In this document: piece by piece, positions 20,829 through 48,099 of the stretch
How the letters are laid out: the number at the start of each line of letters is the position of its first letter
Position numbering within the stretch: the first letter of the stretch is position 1
Assembly: GCA_002269645.1 (NCBI GenBank)
Contig: NIVC01000218.1
Coordinates: 204,407 to 268,406, forward strand
DNA from: Macrostomum lignano
Taxonomy: Eukaryota
Reading direction: 5' to 3'
DNA: 64,000 nt
Program-made: the position numbers and the translations under genes
Notes under the pieces: generated by a model
What the model saw: only the letters and a program-made list of their open reading frames with translations
The model's database searches: none
What the model was told of the DNA's origin: nothing

Positions 20829-21375
20829 AGCAAATATCTACTAGGTCTGTTACTACAGGATTAAGCTGGGTAACTTTTAAGCGTCACTTGCTTCTCTTTA
20901 CATTTCAGAGCCTCGAAATTGCTTCTGGAGATTTCCTTTTTTATATTATCCGGCTCTACAAAACAATTGTGATAGACATTTTATTTGATTTGATTTGATT
21001 AAAGTCAAATTTTGACAGCAAATTGTAACTAATTTCTGTTATAATATATTTATTTACTGAGCCTATAAGCTTGCTAACAAACGAACGGTCTTTCTCTGTT
21101 TTCGCTGTTTCATGTATTTAAAGAGTTTATTAAATACAAATACGTAATATTATCTTGAAATCATGATATTCGTGATTTGATTACACCCTGAGAACATTCT
21201 GTCACTTTCACTAAAGGCATATTAGGATAGAGGATAGAAAAATGCAAGGCCCGTAACAGAAACTAGATATGTATAGAACGTGAAGGAATGTGCAGTTCTG
21301 AAAGCTAGTGTGTGAGGGAGCTGTAGTCGGGTAGTAGGTAGTAAGGGTGGAAAATGTAGGTTAGTAGTCATACTT

Positions 21376-21529
21376 GCGCAACCTTGGGAATCACTCGGCC
21401 GTTTCTATTGGCAACACGCATGTAAGTCGCTATTGGCTGAGAGCAGTCGCGTGACTACTATTCCGTCCAATAGCGGCTTACATGTGTGTGTTGCCAATAG
21501 AAACGGCCGGGTGAATCCCTAGGTTGCGC
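21376..21529. mobile_element. About 154-bp near-perfect palindrome (hairpin MITE-like)
   Basis: Arms GCGCAACCTTGGGAATCACTCGGCCGTTTCTATTGGCAACAC..GTAAGTCGCTATTGG and its near reverse complement; no TSD seen. Confidence 0.65.
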
Positions 21530-21552
21530 CCAAGCATGGTAGTAGTGTTAAA

Positions 21553-21843
21553 GACGCAGGTTTAGGGTAGCAGTGTAAAGGGAGGCAGGTGTAGGGTAGC
21601 AGCGTGAAGGAAGGCAGGTGTAGGTAGCAGTGTGAAGGGAGGCAGGTGTAGGTAGCAGCGTGAAGGGAGGCAGGTGTAGGTAGCAGTGTGAAGGGAGGCA
21701 GGTGTAGGTAGCAGTGTGAAGGGAAGCAGGTGTAGGTAGCAGCGTGAAGGGAGGCAGGTGTTGGTAGCAGCGTGAAGGGAAGCAGGTGTAGGTAGCAGCG
21801 TGAAGGGAGGTGTAGGTAGTAGTGTGGAGGGAGGCAGGTGTAA
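21553..21843. repeat. 28-bp minisatellite (GTGTAGGTAGCAGCGTGAAGGGAGGCAG)n
   Basis: About 10 tandem copies upstream of MCTS1. Confidence 0.9.
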
Positions 21844-21944
21844 GTAACAGCTTTAAGAGCTACGAACTTACTACTTTCGTTTCTACCTATATTCAGTCTT
21901 GCTTGATAATAATTTAAACAAATCACTACAACTTTCCCACAGCC

Positions 21945-22493
21945 ATGTTTCGCAAATTCGACGACAAAGAGAACATCTCGTCCGTAAACAACGCCAAGAA
22001 CAGTGTCCAGAAGGGTATCAGAAACACCATTCTGACGCAGTATCCGGGATGCGCAGATTACGTTGACCAGATTCTACCCAAGAAGGAGACGCTCAGCGTT
22101 GTCAAATGCCACGAGCACATCGAGCTGTACGCCAACCCGGCTGGCGAGGTGCTGTTCTTCAGGCAGCGCGACTCGCCGCTGTATCCCAGCTTGAAACTGC
22201 TGCACAGATATCCGTTCATGCTGCCGCACATGCAGGCGGACAAGGGCGCTATCAAATTCCTGCTGAACGGGTCCAATGTGATGTGCCCGGGCCTGACCAC
22301 GCCTGGCGGCCGGCTGTCCCAGGTGCCAGCTAGCACAGTTGTTGCCGTCATGGCCGAAGGCAAACAGCACGCGTTAGCAATCGGCTTGACGGCGATGAGC
22401 GCGGACGAGATTGCCAGCAAGAACAAAGGAGTTGGCATCGAGACTGTGCACTGTTTAAATGACGGCCTGTGGCGGCTGCGTTCTGTCAAGTAG
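21945..22493 (+). CDS. MCTS1: Malignant T-cell-amplified sequence 1 / Tma20 (PUA-domain translation re-initiation factor), 182 aa, intronless
   Basis: MFRKF..KE, KCHEH, LFFRQR, PSLKLLHRYPF, DKGAIKFLLNGSNVMCPGLT, EGKQHALAIG, NKGVGIE..H.LNDGLW all match the MCT-1 family. Confidence 0.97.
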   Translation: MFRKFDDKENISSVNNAKNSVQKGIRNTILTQYPGCADYVDQILPKKETLSVVKCHEHIELYANPAGEVLFFRQRDSPLYPSLKLLHRYPFMLPHMQADKGAIKFLLNGSNVMCPGLTTPGGRLSQVPASTVVAVMAEGKQHALAIGLTAMSADEIASKNKGVGIETVHCLNDGLWRLRSVK

Positions 22494-24105
22494 ATTTTCA
22501 TTTGCGCTTTTTCCCCTACTCATATCGTGTTAACTTGGAAGCTCAGAAATATAATTATTTAAGATAAGCCTTAATTGACGGGTATTAGTAAGATGTTTTA
22601 CTGTGTAAAATATTTCAACTACAAATATTTAATGACGTGTTAGTTATCCAGTCTTAATTACGATCGTATTTGATACAGAGGTACAAATCTTGTGGTGTAA
22701 CTTGTCATGTCATATAGACGCTTCTAAAAAGCTGAATTAAAGTAAACAGAAGGCATGTATCGCAGCAATGAAGCGAATGTGTCATCCAGTCTTGTAATAA
22801 ATGGCAGATCGGCAGGCTGTACAGTATTTTAGACACCCGTTACAGAATTGAATGCCCGTACAATCACTGATTCATAACAGCATTTCGAAAATTTTATTAC
22901 AAAAAATTGCCGCAGTACATCGGTACATGCATGCTACCTTCAACTAGTAAAAGTAAAAGTAAATCTGCTTACTATATGTACTTATACGAGTAATCCGATA
23001 AATGAGAAGAACTAATATCAGTCTACCACTAAATCGATGTCTTCTGCCGTGCTCTGTAGTCTCACAATTGAGATCGCCGCGGTTGGCTCTATTTTCTGTA
23101 ATTAAACTTGAACTAAAAAAACTTGCAGACTGAATTGTGTAAGCAAACAGAAAAAAGGATCGGAGAAGAGATCGAATTTCGTCCCATGCGGTCTATGGGG
23201 TGGGATCTCACATGGTTAACAATGGCAGGGTTTATACAAATAGAGCATGAGAACTAACTCTAGACCTGCATTGGTTGCTACGGGGGGCGAGGGTTAGGCG
23301 GTTAGGCTCCTCAGTTTTACAGTACACATACTCTGGTTGCGTTGGAGTATCTGGGAGAGGTTCAGTCCAAGTTCTTTTGCTGTTCTCTTGTGCGGGCCGC
23401 GGTCCGCGCGTCCATCCCTCGGTTGCCACGCCACTCGGGGTTGGGCGTCGGTCCTGGGCGTGCCCGCAGCTCCTCCCCAAGAGCTTCGTCTTGCGCTGCT
23501 GGGCACAATTGTGTTGCTGGGCACTATTGTTTTTATTCTTTGGCACAACGAACGCTCAAATTTCCTCTATCTTTGCCTTTCTTTCTGTCTCTAAGCTTTA
23601 GTTTCTATTTAAGTTTATTCTGCCGAATTTCTAAGCCCTATATAGTAAGTACTTTGACTCAACTTTTATGCTAACCCAATAAAATTATCTAATATATGAT
23701 TTTACCAAATAATGAAACTGCCTAGAATAGATTGATTCGTTATTGCACTATTAATAAGTGTTCAAAGCTTTCACCTTTAATTCTACTTGTGTTTGTCCAT
23801 CAACACATGGATTTTTGTCTGTCCGCGTCAACTTTATTTTTGTAGGATTCGCAAAGGCTGTACAAATAGAATAACTCAGTCTCGTTAATTCCATTCACAG
23901 TGATCTTTCTTCATCAATACTATTAAGCTGAAGCTGCAATCGTGATGGGGATGAGAGGAAGTCATATCGAGCACTAGTCCCCTAATTTCATAATACTATA
24001 ATTTATCTCATTTATCACCATATGGAGAATGTTCGACAAAGATTACACTTTCGTACAAGGAGTCAGGAGTTTTCCTTACACTTTCGTATAAGGAAAAAAG
24101 CCAGT

Positions 24106-24107
<2 letters not shown>

Positions 24108-24136
<29 letters not shown>

Positions 24137-24410
24137 ACAGGGACTGAGACTGGGACTGGGACTGGGGACAGAGACTGGGACAGGGACAGGGACTGGGGCT
24201 GGGACGGGACTGGGACAGGGACTGGGACAGGGACTGGGACTGGGACTGGGACTGGGGACAGAGACTGGGACAGGGACTAGGACAGGGACAGGGACTGGGA
24301 CAGGGACATGGACTGGGACTGGGACTGGGGACAGAGACTGGGACAGGGACTAGGACAGGGACAGGGACAGGGACTGGGACAGGGACATGGACTGGGACTG
24401 GGACAGGGAC
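24108..24410. repeat. Hexamer satellite (GGGACT/GGGACA)n
   Basis: Direct inspection. Confidence 0.95.
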
Positions 24411-24934
24411 AAGCAAAATTTTGACTGTAAAATCCCAGTGTCGGGCAGGTAAGGCCAGTAGTGCTGTCAAGTAGATCGAAAAGCTATAGTCGTGAGGTCG
24501 AGTCCGGCAATTCTTCGTCTCCTCCATCAGCCAAGCCAGCGATGTGCTGCATTGCGCTGCACTGGCTGCCAAGGACCTGCTCGCTCACCAGCTGCTGGTC
24601 TTCATCCCACGAGACGGTGCTCAGCAGCCCCTATGCATCGTGGGACGTGAGTCCTGGCTGCATTGGTGTTGCTGGGAAGTGTCCCTGTCGGTCTCACATT
24701 GTCTGCTGTGTGTGAGCAATCAGACACTCACTGCACGAATGGAATTTGAAAAGAACATTATGATTGTAATAACAAATATGATCTTATTTTTTCTTTAATC
24801 TGATTAGCTTTGTTCATTTCTCATAATGCTTCTGACATAGTGACAATTAGTATAGTCGTTTTTATGGCAAGTTTGAGCACAAAAGTCTAGATAATATGGA
24901 ATTGAAGGCTTTTAAAATGTGAGTCATGGATGAA

Positions 24935-25130
24935 TTGGCGGTGAATAGTGGGTGAATCATGGATTAATCAGGGGTGAATAGTGGGTGAATCATGAATGAA
25001 TCAGGGGGTGAATAGTGGGGTGAATCATGGATTAATCAGGGGGTGAATAGTGGGTGAATCATGGATTAATCAGGGGGTGAATAGTGGGTGAATCATGGAT
25101 TAATCAGGGAGTCAGTGGTGGGTGAATCAA
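24935..25130. repeat. About 33-bp minisatellite (GGTGAATAGTGGGTGAATCATGGATTAATCAGGG)n
   Basis: About 5-6 tandem copies. Confidence 0.85.
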
Positions 25131-25589
25131 TGCTAATTGGAGGGTGAGTTGTTTGCGACAGGCTAAAATACTTTCCTACATGCTACATGCTACGAGCTAA
25201 TTTTGACAAAGGGTGGCGACAGAAGTTGGGCATTTATTCTTGGGCTTGAGAATTCGAGCAAGACAATGGGTCCTGACCAGAATTTCACTATTACTGCATT
25301 CGCTGTGTCATGGTAGCCGGCCACTGTCTTCAGACGAAATTTCTGTCATTCAGACAGCGAGTTTGAACTCGCCAAGCAACTCAATTGGGAGGCTGGCTCA
25401 TTTTCTTCCTCATTTTTCTCCAATGGGAGATTCAGGCTCAAAAAGGCAGCCTTAGCCAACTAGAGCAACACAAGAGCAGAGGGAAAGCATTAAAATACAA
25501 AAAGCTGCTGAGAAGCTTCAGTCTGCAGCTGCATTGCAATTGTCAAAACTGATTTAAAAGCAAGAACGAGTCTACAGCGTCACCAAGGC

Positions 25590-26516
25590 ATGAGTTCCAG
25601 CATCTTAACTGGACTGACTGCGGCGATGCTGCTGCCACTCCTGGTGCACTGCGGCAATGGAACCATGCACAGCAGCATCTCGCTCGGCGGCTGCGTGGTG
25701 CCGCAGACTCCGCAGCACTCGCTGGCGGCCTCGAGCGCCCGCATGTGCGCCTTCCTGTGCTCTCAGCTCCGTCGTCCTTGCATCGCCTGGAGCCACCGCG
25801 CAGGCGTCTGCAACATGTCGGACAGCCTCCAGACCGCCAGTCTGACGAACGACACCGACTGCCAGGCGTGGAGCGCCCTGCGCCAGCTCGGCCTCGTCGC
25901 CTTCTGGCCCATGAGCAACGTCACTCGGACTCGCAATGCGGTCTCGAACAGCGGCCATCTCGACCTGCAGGAGAACATCCCGATGCAGTACACGGACAGC
26001 GCCGTCAACTTCACTGGTCAGTCGGGTGTGTCAGAGCGGTTCAACATTGACGAGCTGACTTCGGTGTGTCTCACCAGCCTCACCATGTCAGTGTGGGTCA
26101 AGGTCACCAACCCAGCGAGAGGTTCGATGCCTCTGCTGGAGGGCCTCACAATGCCTTCTTCATACCACACTCGGTTTTGGCTTCATCCTACAACTACCGA
26201 CATCGAGTTCACCGTTGCATTCAAGGTCCGAGTGTCCGGACCCACCGACACGGCCAGCGGTTGGACCCACATCGCCGCGGTGTACGACAAGCAGACACCG
26301 GAAGTCAGGATCCTCGTCAACGGAACTCGACAGGCCACCAGCGGCTCGGCCACCGCTTTGACCTCGTGCGCGGACTTCGGCAGCAGCGTGCAGATCGGAG
26401 CCGTCAGCCGCAATGCCGATCACAAACGCGTGTTCCAAGGCTTCATGAGATGCTTCGGAGTGTCAGAGAGAGCTCTGAGCGACTCTGAAATTGCCGCTTT
26501 GATCCAGCTGTGCTAA
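25590..26516 (+). CDS. Secreted protein: signal peptide + Cys-rich PAN/apple-like module + LamG/ConA-like (pentraxin-like) domain, 308 aa, intronless
   Basis: Hydrophobic N-terminus; C..LC....C.AWS....C spacing; GLVAFWPM, LTMSVWVK, GWTHIAAVYD, ILVNG, IG..FQGFMRCFGVSERALSDSEI typical of LamG-like jelly-roll domains. Confidence 0.85.
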   Translation: MSSSILTGLTAAMLLPLLVHCGNGTMHSSISLGGCVVPQTPQHSLAASSARMCAFLCSQLRRPCIAWSHRAGVCNMSDSLQTASLTNDTDCQAWSALRQLGLVAFWPMSNVTRTRNAVSNSGHLDLQENIPMQYTDSAVNFTGQSGVSERFNIDELTSVCLTSLTMSVWVKVTNPARGSMPLLEGLTMPSSYHTRFWLHPTTTDIEFTVAFKVRVSGPTDTASGWTHIAAVYDKQTPEVRILVNGTRQATSGSATALTSCADFGSSVQIGAVSRNADHKRVFQGFMRCFGVSERALSDSEIAALIQLC

Positions 26517-27686
26517 GCTGGGTGCCAGCAGACTTAGAAAACGATTCAATCTAATGTTAGACGTCCAATGTACTCAGGTCTCCAAACATTCCTACCAACA
26601 GCTTATCCATCTGAATGCAAGTCAGTTACATTGCTGTAAGCAGCTGGCTACAGAACCAGCATTCAAGGGGTGTTTCACTATAACGTACGGTCTGTTTCGC
26701 GGTCACTTCGGCTGTCTGCAGATTTCCAGATATTTTTACTATCTACATGTACTTCTAGAAGGACCCCCTACTCACTTACAGTAAGCAATTGGGAATTAAC
26801 GTGCAATTGACGCGATATTTTTTGGATTTTAAATAACAGTTCAGATTTGAAGGACTAAAATACAACTATACCAATCAGAAGCGTTACTGTCATTTTTTAC
26901 CCTTGCAGAAGTTCAGTAAGCAATATTGCCTCAGTTTATAATATACATATCACATGTACAACATATCCAAGCAAAGAGACTTTACTACGAGTAATAACAG
27001 AATGCGCTCAAACATGTGGCATCCGTGAAGGAAAGATTTGCACCAGCTGCCTAACAGGTGACCCCCCCCCCTAAATAGATGCCTGGCTGGTGCTAAACAG
27101 CTACCGCGCCACTGCGTTTTCACAGCCCTAGGGATGAAAATATGTACATGTAGGCAGGTGTGATCACAAAATTATTGGCTTAATTTGTGTGAACGAGCCT
27201 CAAGCAGGCTAACTGCCCTTAGTGCAAGACAATCCTTATGGTGCTCGTTGATTTTGAAGTAGGTGCAGGCCAGCGCGCCTTTGCGACTGCTGGCTATGAC
27301 GATTTCAGAAACAAGTTGATTGGTACTCTCGTTAATTTTTAATGATGTTTTTACTCCTCTATTTAAAATAAAAAAGCGATATTTCTAACATATAAGGTGC
27401 AATTGATTCTTTTAATATGTATGAAATCCTTCCATTTGTTTAAACGCAAAGAGCCAATGTCAACAAACGTTTAATTTTGCAGGTCGCAGATTGAATTTTA
27501 AAAGTTATCGCGTCGTGATAATTTTTTATTGGTCCATAGCTTTCATGTACCCAATAGGCAAATGGCTGACTAAAATAATTCAGTTATGAAAGAAGCATAT
27601 GGAATAATTCTTACTAGAGAGAATTCAATCCCATGATTTGTCACTGATTGAACTAAGTTTTTGTCGCCCCCATCTAGCCTCCAAGA

Positions 27687-28285
27687 CCATAGTCAGGAAG
27701 GTGGCAGAGTGTGCGCCGGAACAAATTTTGGCCTCTCCCAAAATTGTGCGCCGTGCGCCGACACAAAAACTCTCGTGTGCGCCGTTGTGCGCCCGCCACT
27801 ACCTGCCTTGCGACAATAAAATACCTTTTTTTTGAGAAATTGAGATCGTTAAACCGAAAATAGAAATTTAAAAAATTTTTAATTTAATTTCTAATTTTTA
27901 AAACAAAACAAACATAAAAAGTAAGCAAATGGCAAAAACAAAGGTAAAAAGGAAAAGGAAAATATTTTTTTTTATTTTTTATTTTTTGGTAGAATGCAGT
28001 GTTACATTAGACAGAACAGTGAATAGTGTACTGTAACAAGTAACGACTTACATCGTTACATGGGATCGCCACAAGGGTAACGCTGCATGTGGCGCGGCGC
28101 CCGCCGCGCCGCGCCGCCATGCGCCGGTGTCCTCTGGTGTGCGCCGTTGTGCGCCGCTGTGCGCCAGTGCGCCGCTGTGCGCTGTTGTGGCGCGCCGCTG
28201 TGCGCCGTTGTGCGCCGTTGTGTGCCCAAAAAGGGCTTGTGTGCGCCGGAATTTTCCGACCAAACTGCCACCTTCCTGACTATGG
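27687..28285. mobile_element. hAT-like MITE (599 bp)
   Basis: 21-bp TIR CCATAGTCAGGAAGGTGGCAG / CTGCCACCTTCCTGACTATGG; perfect 8-bp TSD CTCCAAGA (27679-27686, 28286-28293); many subterminal GTGCGCC motifs. Confidence 0.92.
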
Positions 28286-29057
28286 CTCCAAGACAAGAGT
28301 TGCACTGCATGTACATGTACGTTTTTATTTAGAAGTTTCTAAATGACCTTTAACTACAGTATCACTACTCAAGGTTTGTTCGTTGCTAACTTAACCTTTC
28401 TTGTTTTTATACTCACAGAAGTTGTTTTTATAGCATTAGTTGGTTTTTTATTTAAATTTTTTGTGGCGATTTTTATATCACATAAATTGCGCATTACTAA
28501 TGATAACATCTTAATTATTTCCTTTTATGCGTGGTTATTATATAGTTGTTTTTATAGGAAAAAATATAAAAGCAGGATAAAACTTTGATATATTTTATCA
28601 TTATGAATTCTATTTGTCATTTTTACCTCATTGAACTTCTTTAGTAACAGAAAGTATTAAAATAAAATGGAACATTTATTTATGAATTAAAGTAAACTTT
28701 TGATTCTGAAAAACTTTGTTCATTCAAATTTTTATAACTGTACAATAATTTTACTGACTATGCAACTTTTAATAAGTAACGAAATAATTCTTATTTAATT
28801 CTTAATAACTAAATAAAATATGGTGTAGCAAATCCATAAACTGTTATCATTATTAAACAGTTGTCTAAGTGCAGTTAGCCAACCTAATTTGATGATGGGT
28901 TTCACTTTTCTCACTCAATTATTTGTGTATACACTTACAGTGGAGTTCTTATCAAGCATATAATATTAAAGGTATATTAAGTTAAGTTCGTACATATACA
29001 TAGAAACTCTTTAGGTTTTTAGTTTTTGACAAGGCATAATACGATCTTGCTACTGAA

Positions 29058-29245
29058 CAGTGGCGTAGGGAGGGGGGATCAGGGGGGATGTATCCCCCCC
29101 CGAAGAGCCTGACCAAAACTTTTTTGTTGCACTTTTTCGCTATACATGCTACCATGTGAGCACTTTTACCTTGGTGTATCCCCCCCGTAGGAAATTCACC
29201 TTGGTGTATCCCCCCCCCCGTAGGAAATTCCTGGCTACGCCCCTG
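29058..29245. mobile_element. hAT-like MITE (188 bp)
   Basis: TIR CAGTGGCGTAG / CTACGCCCCTG; perfect 8-bp TSD CTACTGAA (29050-29057, 29246-29253). Confidence 0.92.
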
Positions 29246-29577
29246 CTACTGAAAGTAGATCAGCTGTCATCCAAAAATATTTTTGCTTCTTAGCAACAAT
29301 TTTGCCGCCATGCATCATCCATGACCTTAGAAAAAGTATACGAGCCATGTGTTCTCAATCCATCCATTATAGTTTAAGTAGAAAAAAAATCCCGCACAAC
29401 TTGCACAACTTGCATGTTCAGTGATTTCATGAAAAATTTCGTACATCAATTTACCAGAACTGGACACAAGAGTGGAGCATGGTTAATGGAGTTCTGCATG
29501 TTGACAGCCAGCCAAGATAAATTTGCTGACTAAAATCTCAGTCTCACTTTGGGTCTTCGATTTTTGTTTGGATTGCG

Positions 29578-30103
29578 ATGCTTCTGCTTCTGCCGCTGCT
29601 TCTCGGCCTGCTTTTCTGCATCGGTGCGAACGCCGAGCTGCACAGCACTCGCTGGCGGCCTCGAGCGCCCGCATGTGCGCCTTCCTGTGCTCTCAGCTCC
29701 GTCGTCCCTGCATCGCCTGGAGCCACCGCGCAGGCGTCTGCAACATGTCGGACAGCCTCCAGACCGCCAGTCTGACGAACGACACCGACTGCCAGTCGTG
29801 GAGCGCCCTGCGCCAGCGCGGTCTCGTCGCCTTCTGGCCCATGAGCAACGCCACTCGGACTCGCAATGCGGTCTCGAACAGCGGCCATCTCGACCTGCAG
29901 GAGAACATCCCGATGCAGTACACGGACAGCGCCGTCAACTTCACTGGTCAGTCGGGTGTGTCAGAGCGGTTCAACATTGACCAGCTGACTTCGGTGTGTC
30001 TCGACAGTCTCACCATGTCAGTGTGGGTCAAGGTCACCAATGCGTCAAGGGGTTCGATGCCTCTGCTGGAGGGCCTCACAATGCCTTCTTCATACCACAC
30101 TCG
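29578..30103 (+). pseudogene. Frameshifted, 3'-truncated paralog of the LamG-domain gene
   Basis: Near-identical to 25713-26173; own signal peptide MLLLLPLLLGLLFCIGANA is out of frame with the LamG reading because of a 43-bp deletion between CAGCA repeats; homology ends at 30103. Confidence 0.8.
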
Positions 30104-30764
30104 ATTGTGCTTCGTCCTTCAACTGCCGACATCATGTTCGCCCGAATGCATATCACTTTTATATTGTTTTAAGCAGTCGTCTTCAGAACCAAGCATACAT
30201 CTACATGTACATCACTAGAACTATAACGCCTTTATGTACACGTCTATGTTTTGGCTTCGTCTGTCTGCCCATTTCCAGATATGATTATCTATCTGCTTCT
30301 AAAAAGACATTTAGACGCGATCGTACGCCCGAGAAGGGCTCATGACGTTGAAAGTTAAAAATTTAGTAGTGTAGCATAAAATCACTATATATTTTTTAGT
30401 TTTATTCGTCAGACCCTACTTACAGAAAGCAATGAGAATTTAATAAAATCGCAATCAATTATTTTATGCTTGGATTTGGAGCATAGCATTCAACTATTAG
30501 GTAGTATTCTATAATATTAATCAGAAGCATCAATACGACAGCTCCCTCAAACAGGATAAAAACCGACACCGTACAAACGCAAGCGGTCCCTTTTGAGTAC
30601 AAAATTCTTTTTCGCCTCAGTTTACACGTCTCAAAGCAATTTGAGACTTTAATGACTAACAATATATGCACGAATAACAGTGACACTCGTCAGACTGACA
30701 GATGGCATGCACCTCTCCAACAGGTGACCCTCATCTGTCTGGCTTGAGCTAAACATCCATCTGT

Positions 30765-31199
<435 letters not shown>

Positions 31200-31989
31200 G
31201 ATTCCCACCCGAATCCCACACCCCAATCGACCCCGAATTCCATTTTTGCAAAGCTACGCTTCTCTTTGTCTCGCTTTCCCGTTTTCTCGCTTCCTCCAAC
31301 CCCTCTCTACCCTCTTTTCGCGCTCTATCCCCTCTCGCCTTTTCCAAGAGGGGGCCGTTGCGATGGCAACCTGGGGGATGAGATTGCGGTGGGGGGGGGG
31401 GGGTTGGCCACCCGCCGCGGCCGTACTGCAGCATTGTTGTATTAACGTTGAGCCCTAAATGAAACAAAAAACCCAAAGCCCCAAAAGCCAGTTTGCTGTG
31501 CAGGCGCAGGAGTAGCAAGAGACGGTCTAGAAGAGCCTGCATGATTGGGTTGATGGGACAGAGAGCTTAGGAGATGTGGCAGCGGATGTCCCATGCACAC
31601 ACAGAGGCGGTGACTGCAGTCAAATAGTGGAAGAGTTTGAGGCATGAACGGATGCTTTGCGTCATTCAGAAATATTTTAATTATAGATATGATTTTTAGT
31701 ATATGGAAGGAAGAATTGTTTTTTATGAACACTAATTGACTGGCGTTTGATTGACGTCAAAAATAATAGTCTGCCAGCTATATCAGTCTGACAGCAGGTT
31801 CTCCATTATCTTGTGCTTTGACTTTTTAAACTCTGCAACAGTTATTGTCAAGAGGCTTGGTTAGAGCATTGTTGCAAGGTAAGCTTATCCATATATTATT
31901 CTTATGCATTTTTTGCTGTTTGTTTGTAAATCAAGTTCTATTGTGGTACAGGGCTCACAGGAGTTTTTCCTATATACCTTCTGCAACGG

Positions 31990-32480
31990 AGAATATGGAC
32001 AGTGTTGTCTATGGCAGCGGGGAATATGGACAGTGTTGTCTATGGCAGCGGGGAATATGGACAGTGTTGTCTATGGCAGCGGTGAATATGGACAGTGTTG
32101 TCTATGGCAGCGGGGAATATGGACAGTGTTGTCCATGGCAACGGGTAATATGGACAGTGTTGTCTATGGCAACGGGTAATATGGACAGTGTTGTCTATGG
32201 TAACGGGGAATATGGACAGTGTTGTCTATGGCAGCGGGGAATATGGACAGTGTTGTCCATGGCAACGGGTAATATGGACAGTGTTGTCTATGGCAACGGG
32301 AAATATGGACAGTGTTGTCTATGGCAACTAAGGGAATATGGACAGTGTTGTCCATGGCAACGAAGGGAATATGGACAGTGTTGTCTATGGCAACGAAGGG
32401 AATATGGACAGTGTTGTCTATGGCAACTAAGGGAATATGGACAGTGTTGGCCATGGCAACTAAGGGAATATGGACAGTGT
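31990..32480. repeat. About 31-33-bp minisatellite (AATATGGACAGTGTTGTCTATGGCAGCGGGG)n
   Basis: About 15 tandem copies. Confidence 0.93.
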
Positions 32481-32548
32481 TTTCTACGGCCAGTTGACCA
32501 TTTCATCTGCCGAGGCCAACATAATATTTTCAGCACCCTCAGCTGAAA

Positions 32549-47914
<15,366 letters not shown>

Positions 47915-48099
47915 ATTCGCGTGTCAGTTGTCAGCTTTAGATAGCGATCTCTTTACAGGTATTTAACTGCGTATTGCATTCCGAGCGGCTTCAACCTGAC
48001 GCTATCAGATGAAGAAACTTAGCGGTCTGAATAGCGAAATTCAACATTTGTGCGGTCAAGTCACTTAGCACGTTTAGTCATCCCTATATCTAGCCCTGT

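Larger units (their letters stand above)
13000..21010 (+). ncRNA. Non-coding snoRNA host gene (GAS5/UHG-like); small exons about 13180-13268, 13666-13724, 13937-13981, 14141-(gap), 14422-14473, 14694-14734, 15020-15069, 15619-15657, 15906-15964, 16177-16213, 19597-19636, 19877-19922, 20254-20306, 20527-20572, 20909-about 21010
   Basis: Series of short (mostly 37-60 nt) AT-rich exons with canonical GT/AG sites and no recognisable ORF. Introns carry C/D and H/ACA motifs with rRNA-antisense guides. In 12 introns the last box D lies 79-99 nt upstream of the 3' splice site. ATTAAA at 20998-21003. 5' end not located. Confidence 0.8.

Noticed and set aside
24461-24798. GC-rich patch as an exon or Harbinger nuclease remnant
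   Set aside because: Only a vague resemblance, stops in all plausible frames, and no splice-consistent partner exon.
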